Assembly (NCBI GenBank): GCA_965113315.1 | Contig: OZ220365.1 | Length of the DNA: 64,000 bases | Direction: 5' to 3' (one strand) | Origin: Podarcis vaucheri | Lineage: Eukaryota | In this document: positions 37,593-48,941 of the stretch, one piece after another | Layout of the letters: every line of letters begins with the position of its first letter | Numbering within the stretch: the first letter of the stretch is position 1 | Translations under genes and position numbers: made by a program | Notes under the pieces: model-generated | Database searches by the model: none | Seen by the model: only the letters and a program-made list of their open reading frames with translations | What the model was told of the DNA's origin: nothing

Positions 37593-38642
37593 CCTAGGTG
37601 CTGAGGTTTTACCCACAGCGCCACCTGCGTCCCTTTACCTTTAAGGTCACACCTGGAATAACTTTGCTTAGTTGTAGTGTCCCATAGCAGTCAAGGTGAG
37701 GCAGCATTGATGACTGAAGAGGGCACACATTTATAGGGTATTTCATATCATTCAGTGTTTCTTCCTGAGTCGGGGAGGGGTAAGTAGGCAGATAGGATTG
37801 TTGTTTTTTTCACTGACTCCATCAGTACTTGGCTGCTTGGCGAATCTGAAAAACTGAGGAAGCCGGGCCTACTTCCCATGAATCTTTGTTCCTGCCTGTG
37901 TCAGCTGACTACGTTCCAGTCTTAAATCTCCATTGTTCTTTCTATGATGCTGAAAACAGCATAGCTCTTCTTAGATAAACGAACATGCTTCAGATTTAAC
38001 TGACAATTGTATATTCCCATCTACAAAGATGCTCCCTGCTGCCTGCAGATAGTCGCCTTCAAAGTAGTGGAAGGCAATGAAAATGGGGACAGAGGGATAC
38101 ATGGTAGCATGCTTCTCCCCCTACATATCCATGGCAACCTCCCCATTTTTGTTATATATTAATAGGGTTTGCAGACTACTTTTGAATATTACTCTGCTTT
38201 AAAAGGACTGACAATGTCAAACTAAATTCCACAGTCCACTTTTAGTAGAATTCAACAGCAAGTCAAAACCAAGGCACTCTGGGTGTTAGTAATGCTATAG
38301 AATATTTGCAGTAATATTTAAGGTTGCTTTTCAGTTTGAATTCTGTCATTTGCCAGTTTTAGAGTCAGCACTACTAAAAACGCATGGAGCAATTTTACTC
38401 CTAAGTGTCTTTTTCTTAGAATAACAGAAACCTATGATATATGGATCCCACTCATGTATCTCACATTCCCCTCCCTAATTTGAAAATGCACATGTTTTCT
38501 ACATGTTTTGCAGATTTCTAATTACTGTTCAAAGGAACATTTTTAAGTGTTCAGAAGCACAAAGCTATTATTGGATATGTGTGGGTATCATTGGGACATT
38601 ATGGAACCAGTGGTTTACATAAAAATTCAGGCAGCCAAAGTA

Positions 38643-38817
38643 CCGTACTTTTCCGTGTATAAGACTAGGTTGCTTTTTTTACTAAAAAAATAATGTTAAA
38701 AAGGGGGTAGTCTTATACATGGGAGCAATGTCCCCCCATTTTCTTAATTTTGAGTCCACAAATATAGGAGGCATCTTATAAACGGGGGGGGGGGGTGTTG
38801 TACGCAGAAAAATACGG
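38643..38817. mobile_element. Tc1/mariner-type MITE
   Basis: TA-flanked TIRs CCGTACTTTTCCG / CAGAAAAATACGG; internal TATAAGAC / GTCTTATA motifs. Confidence 0.8.
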
Positions 38818-40415
38818 TAATTTAACTGTCTTCCAAAGTTCAGTGCTCCAATCCAGATATAACCTGTTGAAAGGTCTGCAATAGCAGTCTTTTGAACACA
38901 CTTAGCTTTGGCAGAACACTGGTGATACTGCTAGTCAGCTGTTTGGAGAGAGGATGGATGAATCCCACTTCCTACTTCCCTGCTTCAATCTGGTTCCCTC
39001 CATGTTTTGGACTAAAACTCTCATAATCTCTGGCCCGATGGGAATTGTACTTCAAAACATGTGAAGGGTACCAAGTTTAAGATATATATAATTTCCCATT
39101 CATCCCATCCTTCTTGTGCCCCACTGCTATATAGAAGTGTACCCAAATGTAGCTGAACACTTTGCATGCTTACTTAGCAGAAAGTCCCATTAGGCTTAAT
39201 GAAGCTTAGCTCCAAATAAGTGTGCATAGGAGGCTGCACTCATGTATTCACTTACCAGGGAGCAAATCCTATTGAACTCATTGAGACTTACTTCTGAGTA
39301 GACATGTATAAGGTGGCACTGTTAATTATTCTTTTGTAAATTTAATTTCTGTTCCAGAATCAAGTTTCAGAATTTTCAAAGTCTTGAATCAATTGTTTGC
39401 CAGGATCGACTCATGGTGAAATATATATGATAAAATTAATGTATAAACATTGTTAGATGATTGGTGAACTGTCAAGCTACTAGGCAATTAGGGTGAGAAC
39501 AGTTTTAAAAAGCAGTTTTAAAGCCCAATAAAGAAATGTGTTTCAATTATCCTAAACACCTTAAAGGCTGTATGCTTTAGTAAAACTGTTGAATAGTATA
39601 CTAAATTTTGTTTAGTTTTTGTTTTTTAAAAAGCATGGGCTAATAAAAATGAATTATTGTATAAGCAAATTCATACTCAGTATTTTTTTCTCCTCTTCCT
39701 ATGTAATAGACCTATAAAGGTCAAATTCAGAAGTGCTTAACGCATTTACGCCTTGATGCAGAAATTTCCCGCAAAATAACCTCTATGTATCCCACAAAAA
39801 ATCAGAGAAATGAGGGAGATGTTACTTCAGCTGAAGCATGCATCCCAAATCAATGTTCCAGTGAGGAGTCTATTGGTGTGGCTACCCATATAATGTCAAA
39901 AGAATGAACTCATGTAAGAATTTATGAAATTGATTGGTGGAATAGGAAAAGAATAGGGGGGAAAGAAAGCACTTTGGAAATGCATAATTGACTTACTGCT
40001 GCAGAATGGAAGAGGAATCACCTTGTTGTATGGCTTTGCTTTTTGCAGTCTTATATGAAAAGACCCCATTTACATGAACAGTTATTTCCTGAGCATAGTT
40101 TCCCAGTAGTAGTAGTAGAAATATCTTTACTAACATCAGGAGGGATGTGGAATAAACTGGGTTCCGTTTGCATTTTAATGCGAATCTACTTAATCTGCCC
40201 GTCCTGAAACACGTGAACAAAAATGCAGCTGTCCTTTCAAATTTGAAGCTCTCCAAATTTTGTGATGCCGTTCTCCAACAAATAATGTGTAGGAAAAGCT
40301 AACTAAACTATTAGGGCAAAGTGTGCATTATAATGCATGGAAGTAACATACGAAGTGCTTTATAGCAGGGGAAATTACTTGCAGAAATGTGCATATTAGG
40401 CAGATTTGCATATGG

Positions 40416-40613
40416 GGAAGGGCTATAGCTCAATGGGAGAGCATCTGCTTTGCCTACAGAGGGTCCCAGGTTCACCCCCCAGCATCTTGAGGTACAGCTG
40501 GGAGACAATCCTGAAACTTTGCAAACTTTGCAAAATTGCAACTAGTCACTGCAGACAAAATTGTGCTAGGCTGATCAATGCTCTGACTTGATGTAAAACA
40601 GCTTCCTGTGTTC
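40416..40613 (+). mobile_element. tRNA-derived SINE with CR1-like tail
   Basis: gggctatagctcaatgggagagc..cccaggttca..cagcttcctgtgttc. Confidence 0.7.
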
Positions 40614-41959
40614 ACAAATGTATATATTGGGGGAAATGCACTAAAACACTGATGTGTTTTCATTAGGACTCCCCCCCTTTTTTAAAAAAAAAGCGCAAAC
40701 TGATGTGGAGAACCGAGGGGATGAAAATGAAAAACAAAGGGAAACAAAAACTGACATATTCGCCCATCCCTAAATATCAGTGAGCATTTACAACAAACCT
40801 TTTCCTGGGAATCCGGGCTAGCATGAGTGTTGGGTAAAAGTAGAAAGAAGCAAATTAAAGGAGAGGTTTTACCAGCTTTTTATTAAGCCCAGGGTAAATG
40901 ATCCTGTTCACAGCATGAGGGAACTTTTCAATACGGGCCTTTGTGCTTTGTAGATGCAGAGGGGTGGGGAATCAAATATGAAACAAACTCTACTATACTT
41001 TGGATCCTGGGCTCTGTCAAAAAGATGGGGGAACAAAAACAAAAAGCAATTTGTTTTTCACGATGTATGCCACTGGGAGCCAGCACAAATAATAGCAATT
41101 GTGTTCACACACTAAAGTTGTTTTGTGACCTTGTTCTGATAGGTGACAGCTTTCATGCTTTTTCCTACCCAGCTGTGCTTTCTGTGCAACAAATAGGTGA
41201 CAGTCCAAGGCATAGCTCTGGAAGAAAACAGGAAAGTAATAAGAGAGCAGTTTGGGATGTCATTGGAGCTAAGGGCTGCTGCAAACATTATGTGTTTCCT
41301 GCAGGGAAAGCGCTTCGATGTACATTTTCTTGATGTATGCAGCTTTGTGTACTAGTGGCAACATTCTGCTATTGTTGTAACACTGAGAAAGAAACCTTGG
41401 TGGTTTAGCATTGTTTTAAAACTCATAAGCTACAGCTATAAATCAGCAATTTAGCTAATGATTGCTTTTGGGCAGTGATACATGATGAAAAACAAATGAG
41501 GAAGGGCACTCAAGCATCACACTTTGCAGCTACTGGGAGGAGGAATTAAAATTCCATCTTTTTAAAAAGTTGGCATTATGAAGGACTGTGCCTTGATAAC
41601 AAAGTAAACCAAGTTGCATCCAAGGAAGCTGGCTTCCTACTAACTGGAACTTAGAGTGTATTGTTTCCAGTGGCTCATGTGGATGTGAATTAATTTGTTT
41701 CCTTTTTCCACATGGACATTATTGAAAAGTAAAACTATGAGGAATGGTTGCCATCCTCATATCTGTAGTTTGCCACCAAGCACTTTCCACAGCAGCACTA
41801 CCAATAATGCATGTATATGATGGTATTTGGTGGCTGCATGCCAGAGCCCCACAAATCCACTCCCTGGGTTGCCTCTCCTCCTGTAGCGACTGCCTCTCCG
41901 CTGAGATCTTTCAAATGCAGACAGGCTGCTTCTAGCTCTGCAAGACCCCAGGACAAAGT

Positions 41960-42249
41960 GAATCATAAGACTTGTGAATTGTAGTGTTGGAGGGGACCCT
42001 GAGGATAATCATACTAGCCCAACCCCCTGCAATGCAGGAATATGCAGTTGTCGCATACAGTGAGGTTACCAGACGTCCCCATTTCCCGGGGACAGTCCCC
42101 GGATTTACAAATCAGTCCCCATACAAAATTCATTGAAGTTGAAAAGTGTCCCCGGATTCATTGAAAAAAATCTGGTAACCTTACCATACAGGGATTGAAC
42201 ATGCAGGCTTGGTGTTGTCAGCACCACGCTCTATCTAACTGAGCTATCC
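41960..42249 (-). mobile_element. tRNA-derived SINE with CR1-type 3' end, interrupted by a hAT MITE
   Basis: Minus strand ggatagctcagttagatagagcgtggtgctga..gcagggggttgg..gggtcccctccaac..atgatt. Confidence 0.75.
42061..42183. mobile_element. hAT MITE
   Basis: TIRs TGAGGTTACCAGA / TCTGGTAACCTTA; 8-bp TSD GCATACAG / CCATACAG; internal GTCCCC repeats. Confidence 0.85.
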
Positions 42250-42507
42250 AGGCTTGAAAGCTCCCCCACATCCCCCAAGTTCTTTGTCAAGCACTGAAGA
42301 CTTGGAGGAAGGGACAAAGTCTTTTCTCTCACTTTAAGTTTTGCAGAAGAGAAAAAAAGTAGCGTTTGTCTGCTTTTTGAAAAGCCTAGCTTGAAGCAAA
42401 ACAAACTACCCTCCACATAATTCTTTGGCACTCAAAGGAGACGAGTCAGTGGTGGTCACTGGTTGCAAATAATGTATGGTGCTGCGTGTGATATTCTAGC
42501 AATGTTT

Positions 42508-42630
42508 AGGGAAGTTTTTAATAACTAATGTTCTAATGTATTTTTAATCTTTTGTTGGAAGCTGACCAGAGTGGCTGGGAAACCCAGCCAGATGGGCGGG
42601 GTATGAATAATAAATAATATTTTTATTATT
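42508..42630 (+). mobile_element. L2 3' terminal fragment
   Basis: ggaagctgaccagagtggctgggaaacccagccagatgggcggggtat followed by a TAA/ATT tail. Confidence 0.65.
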
Positions 42631-43354
42631 ATTGTTGCTGTTGTTGTTGTTGTTATAGCAATGTAACCTTTTTGCATAAGAAAATACTAGGAAGAATGCT
42701 CCCTGTCTTTGTTTTGACCTTGAAGATCAGGAAAGAGTTGGCTAAAATATATAGGTGAGTGGATGATAGGCCTGAAGTCTGTGCACGAAGGACAGATTGA
42801 GCCTATTCTGTTAAAAGAATATGTTTGGAAGACATATAACCCAAAGAGAGATATGCACTGTAATTCTGGATACCAAGAAAAGCATTTACATTTCACTGGC
42901 TGCATTGAATTCTACCTAAGCACAGACCTGGTTGGAATTTCCTAGTTGGAGTTTTGGAATGTGGTTTTGAAGTGATGGATGTGACTTGTAGATGTTAAAT
43001 GCAATAACGAATGCCAGTGACAGGAAGACAAGGCCTCTAGGTATGCTGTCTACAAGTGACGTGACACCCTTCTACAAAACAAAAATGACACTATTGATTT
43101 TATTGACTTTTTAATTTATTTATGTTTAAGTACAGATTGATCCACTCTGACAGCACAGCAAATCTGCAGTGACTTTGCTGATGTCTGTGGGCAATTTCCC
43201 ATGTCCAGAAGTATGGGCACAGGTGCTGCTCAAATCCAATGGGATCTAAGTACAAGTTACTGGCCAGGGCATTGCAGTCTCTGACTGCATAAGGATGAGG
43301 ATACTTCTGAAATTTTCCTTGCCTGACTTCCATCTTAAGATTCCCCCCCCCCAA

Positions 43355-43610
43355 TTTTTTTATTCATTTTATAACACAAATAAAAAACACAAACAGGAAA
43401 GACAAACAATATAAACAAATTCTTGTCATATCCTTATTTTTCTAGACATTGTTAAGTGGGCTTCCCCAAATCCCACCTATCTGATTTTCATTTTACTTCA
43501 TCTTTAGCATTTTACATATATGACTTACTTTAACCATTAAAAAACTTCACATTTTATCACTTATAAAATATACTATCTTCTACTTCTAACCCTACCGATT
43601 TTTGTCTTTG
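43355..43610 (-). mobile_element. Probable L1 3' UTR fragment
   Basis: T run then TTTATT, an A/C-rich block and a cttcccc..cccacc motif arranged as in the two L1 3' ends in this window. Confidence 0.4.
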
Positions 43611-43989
43611 AAATGATTTGGTCAGGTTGCCCAAGCAGAATTGGTGTCTTAGGAGTCCCGCACTGTTTTGTGTTGTACAGTATTTCAAAAAATTTCCCAG
43701 AGTACACAGTGCATTCACAGTTTGCCACAGCTTTCAGCTCCCGCCTTTCCCATGTATCTGTTCTCCTCCTCTACATTAACAATGTTCATGTGTGTGTATA
43801 CCAAACACTGCTAAAAAGGAGTCTTGATGTGATTTTATGTATTAATGCTTCAAGATTCTCCCCACCCCACTGCCACGGCGTTTTCTAAAACTGCATGCAT
43901 GAACTTGTGTGTATTGATTAAAAAAAACACCCAGAGGGGAAGCAATCTTGACGCGATTATTAAAATGACTGTATCAAGATTCTGGTGTG

Positions 43990-43991
<2 letters not shown>

Positions 43992-44020
<29 letters not shown>
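43992..44020. repeat. (TG)n microsatellite
   Basis: Direct reading. Confidence 0.95.
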
Positions 44021-44024
<4 letters not shown>

Positions 44025-44445
44025 ACAAACACAAAGAAGCTCATGTGTAAAACATCATAATTTTTGTATGTACTTAGTGCAGTGTTTCATTCATCTGCTC
44101 TTTCATATTGATAGTTCAGAAGGGGGGCAAATACAATGACTTTACATGAATGGATTCTGGAATTCATTTAGAAGCCAGAGTTAAACTAGAGAATTCAGGA
44201 GAGCAAAGCAGAGCAAAACCATGGAACAATAAAGGAATGGAATAGAGGAGATCTTCTCATTCTTAGTTGAATACTGGTCGTGGCAAAGTGGCATTTGTCA
44301 CTGGAGCAATCCCAACATTTGATCTCACTTTCTCCTTGTACAGGAATCAGTCACTATAATATATTGCTGTCTTACTCTATGAAGACAAAGAGTCAACCAA
44401 AAATATAATCCTGTGTTTTGAAAAGGGATGCCTGACAAAATACAA

Positions 44446-44777
44446 GGGACGTGGCTGGCGCTGTGGTCTAAACCACTGAGCCTCTTGGGCTTGCTCATTC
44501 CGCATGCCAGAGTGAGCTCCCATTGCTCTGTCCCAGCTCCTGCCAACCTAGCAGTTCGAAAGCACTCCAGTGCAAGTAGATAAACAGCTACTGCTGCAGA
44601 GGGAAGGTAAATGGCGTTTCTGTGTGCTCTGGCTTCCGTCACAGTGTCCTGTTGCGCCAGAAGAGGTTTAGTCCTTCTGGCCACATGACCCAGAACGTTG
44701 TCTGTGGACAAACACCAGCTCCGTCAGCCTAAAGCGAGATAAGCACTCCATCCCATGGTAAAGTTTGACTAGACTTA
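44446..44777 (+). mobile_element. Older Sauria SINE
   Basis: gggacgtggctggcgctgtggtctaaacc..ctcctgccaacctagcagttcgaaagc..ggccacatgacc; B-box region deleted. Confidence 0.85.
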
Positions 44778-46146
44778 CCAAATTTCTTTGAATTTGATGC
44801 AGGCTCACCTGTGCCACACCTCTTTGACTAATGGACAGATGAGAACATAATTAATCCTAGGATTTTCTCTCTTCTCCAAATTTTATGTGAAATTACTCAG
44901 ATCAAAAACACACACCAACGTTCATTAAGTAGGTATTTTAGATTCCTGCTGTGTGGAAAATTCTTCCCTAAAAAATAAGACATGCACCAGTGATTATGTG
45001 CTTTTGACAGATGCTAAAATCTTTTCTTTTTATCCAGGCTTTCCCAGATTAGGGCGTGAGTCAAGTGTACTGCTGGTTAAGGGAATGTGAAATTATTGTA
45101 TTCTGCTGTTTTATGAAGCACTGTTCTTATCTTTTTATACAGTGCTTTGTAAATTTTGTTAATTGTTAAGCCATTTGTACATTTTTCAGAATAATAAAGC
45201 TAGAGATAAAATGTATATTTAATTACATATTTTGTGATAAAAGGCATGGTTAAATATTACTTAAAATGCATTTTTTTCATGCATATCTTTTTTTTCAAAA
45301 AAATGAATAAACCTAAATGTGCTTTAAATGTATAGTGTGCACACAGCCCAAGACTTCAGAGTTAAGCATGGATAGGAACTTGACTCTCACTTTGGAGAGC
45401 GGAGCCCCAGTTCAGTGAGAGACAATCTGTGTGTACAAACAGATCTCGTACACAGCACACTTAAGAGCTTGGTGTGTGGAATGTGGGTGGATGATGCCCA
45501 GGATCAAGTATATAAGGGAAAATATGGTGTTGGAGCTTCAGCCCAGAGATCCATGAGCAGAGCAGTGAGCTGAATGTGTGGTGCTAGACCCACAGAGGCT
45601 CCTTCCCACTGATAGAAGGAGTTCACTGTAGCGCCACCATCTTTCTGTTTCCCACTAACAGTTTACAGGGGAAAGGAGGCAAGTGTCTGATTTGGGCAAA
45701 GGGCTACCAAGTGTTATCCGCCCCCCCCCCCCAATACATTTTCTGCAGAACACTTGCAGAACATATACTCAATGTATTTTATGGGGGAGGTGGAAGAAAT
45801 TGCTGGTATGTTAGTGTTTTAATAAAACACAACCTCCCAAGCTGTCAGCCAAGGTAATGTGCAGTGTGATATAGTAGCAACTTGGGAAATATGTGAGGAG
45901 ATGTTGTCAGTAAAAGAAAACCCCCCAAATATCTCTTTTATAGTAGTCTCTCTTTTTTTTGTTGTTGTTACAACATCAAGAGCCACAGTATTTAACAACG
46001 TCCTTGTAAATAACCAACTATGCAAAAAGTGTACCGCAGACGTAAGAGAGCAAACATCAATAGCACTGAAAGTGGGAAGGTGTCCATTTATAGATATCGA
46101 CACATTCCAATTTGCTGCCCTTCAGATTTGTATAACTAAATGTTGG

Positions 46147-46475
46147 TATTATTATTATTTATTTGATTTAAATACCACCCTTTATCAAAAGATCCCAGGG
46201 CAGTGTACACCATTAAAAACATATTACAGAACATCAATGATAAATACATAATAAAAACAAAGTAAAAAGCATACTGACAGACAGCCTACTATTAAAATAA
46301 GAATCACAATAACAGTCCTCTCCCCATACACTTTTGCAGGCTATAGATTATTTAATAGCCATAGGCCTGAATAAAGAGGAATGTTTTTGCCTGGTGCAAA
46401 ACATGTAATAATGGTGCCAAGTGAGCTTCTCTGGGGATAGCATCCACACTTGGCGAGCCACCACAGAAAAGGCCA
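46147..46475 (-). mobile_element. L2 3' fragment
   Basis: ATT tail, aataccaccc..cccagggcag, and gccaccacagaaaaggcc (AFSVVA) on the minus strand. Confidence 0.65.
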
Positions 46476-48591
46476 CTAGCAGCCTGTAAATGCCACCAAG
46501 ACCATCACACCACACTGACTTAAATGGAATGGAAGGCCTAAAGCTGTATACACTGTACGTTTGAAACACATTTAGATCACATGACTTCCCCCAAGGAATC
46601 CTGGGAACTGTAGCTTGTTAAGGTTGGATGATAATTGTAACTCTGTGAGGGGTATACCTGTGTTCGGGAAGCAGTATACTTAAAAAATGTATACAGCCCA
46701 AGTCAGTGCACTGAGGCAGGACAGTGCTTCTGACTTTTATGCCTAGCTGGCTGCAAGGGCACATGTGTGGCCAATGCTCTCCCAGCCAGCTAGACACACC
46801 TCCCAACAAGAGCTGCAACGTAGTAAAAAGGTTAGCTGGCAGCTAAGAATCCTCCACATCAGGTGAAGGCTGGGAGAATGTCTCTGCCATGTGCAATTTG
46901 CATGGGTGAGTTTATATTTTGTTTTGAATTTTTATTTGCATCTGTGTTCTTATTCTTGCCGAGCTGCCTTGGAGGCCTTTGGGGTGGGGCGAAATGTGGC
47001 ATATAAATAAATAGTAACTGTAAACAAAACAATTTCACCTGTCAGACGGGTAAACTGACTAACCTGTACTTGGCCCAGCCACTTACCAGGATGTAGAAAG
47101 AGACGGAGCATCTTCCTTATTGATTAAGGAGGTAAGAACATACTCCCCGCCCCCTGACTGATCCACAGCCCTGAAAGAGTGCCAGTCCTTGTCAGTCACT
47201 TCCACCAAACATATTCCCATCCTTGTTGCTTATTTATAGCCCTGCTGGTGTTGCAGATCCACGTTTACCGCACAAACTTGAACCCTGGAACCCTGCAAAG
47301 CAAAAGAGGTGCAAGGGAGGAGGAGAGCTTATTGTGAGAGAAGTGTGGCTTATTGTTTGCCCCGTACACTGTATCTTTAGTTGTTGTTGTTTTTTAAAAG
47401 AAAACTTGCAAAAGGTGAAAAATAGTCATTAATAGCGATGGTATATAAATAGAAAGTAATCTTCCCTCCAATCTTTCATGCTCATAATTCTACAGTATAG
47501 ACCAGGAGAAAAATTACCTGCACATATCCCTTCCAGCAAGTTGCACCACAGATAGAGCTTCATGAATCAATATAATTTAATATAATACAGTACATAATGA
47601 TTCGTGTGGGTGGATTTTAAAAGAACCTTCTTAGCCTCCTGAATGCAACGTGATGCACATAGCTACATAGAAAATCGGTTTGTTGGTGTTACCAATGCAT
47701 CACGTCCTCTAAAGAATTATAATCTTTGGTTTTTGTTGTGAGGGCAACTTCAGCTATGAATTTTAAAGCTGCTCTTGCAGTATGTTTATTTTTTCCATGA
47801 AAGGGGGAGTTCTACATATACAAAAACACCCAGGGAAGCTTGCCATTATGGATAACACATATTTCATACCATAGAGCTACAGCAGTCACAGCGGCAAGCA
47901 TGTTAACTGCACCAAAGAAACCTAGCTTATTATTTGGGTACCTGAAAGCCTGCCACACCAGAGCATCTGTCCTCAACCTGGTGCCCTCCATCTGTTTCAG
48001 ACAACAATTTGCATCAGCCCCAGCCAGCAAAATGTCCGCCCACAAACAGGGCAAAATGGAGCTGGTTTTGCAAACATGGAGACATGTTGGCCCATATATC
48101 CCTAATCAGCAGTAACATTTATATCTTTTATTGCTGTTTTTCAACTGAGGGAAATGTTCAGATTTTTGTGCCTTTCTTTGAATCTGCTCTGAGGAACTGG
48201 TGAAAACAATCAATACAGAATAACTCCAGGACATGTCCAGGCTCATAAAAATAACTCGTAGGTTTTAGCAATGTGCAGGCATGAATTCATACAGCATGAT
48301 CCCCTGGTACAAATTAGTCCTGTATAAAATAGTAAAACTTTTGAGCTTTTACGTTAAAAATCCATACCCATTGAATCATCCCGGTCTTGTTATTGCTGCC
48401 TGTGAACCCTTACAATCATAAGCTTTTCTACATTGACTAGTAGAGTCTCTCCAGGATTTTAGACAGGGGTCTTTCCAAGCGATGCCTAGACTTGCTGAGG
48501 ACCGAACCTGGGACATTCTGCATGTGTTCTACCACTGAGCTGCTATCCAGAAGCCCCATTAGTGATTAGGTCAATGGTACCATTCTTGCAA

Positions 48592-48941
48592 GGGACGCGG
48601 GTGGCGCTGTGGGTTAAACGACAGAACCTAGGACTTGCCGATTAGAAGGTTGGCGGTTCGAATCTCCGCGGTGGGGTGAGCTCCCGTTGCTCAGTCCCTG
48701 CTCCTGCCAACCTAGCAGTTCAAAAGCATGTCAAAGTGCAAGTAGATAAATAGGTACCACTCCGGCGGGAAGGTAAACGGCGTTTCCGTGCGCTGCTCTG
48801 GTTCGCCAGAAGCAGCTTAGTCATGCTGGCCACATGACCTGGAAGCTGTATGCCGGCTCCCTCGGCCAGAAAAGCGAAATGAGCGCCACAACCCCAGAGT
48901 CAGTCATGACTGGACCTAATGGTCAGGGGTCCCTTTACCTT
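48592..48941 (+). mobile_element. Sauria SINE, full length
   Basis: A and B boxes, CCTTTACCTTT tail, 13-bp TSD TACCATTCTTGCA (48578-48590, 48942-48954). Confidence 0.95.

Larger units (their letters stand above)
35072..37633 (-). mobile_element. Sauria SINE of a different subfamily, inserted in the tail of the previous SINE and split by an L1 derivative (35072-35410 and 37593-37633)
   Basis: Tail aaggtaaaggtaaagg at 35072; head cccacagcgccacctgcgtccc ending 37633; halves join across an 18-bp TSD. Confidence 0.9.
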
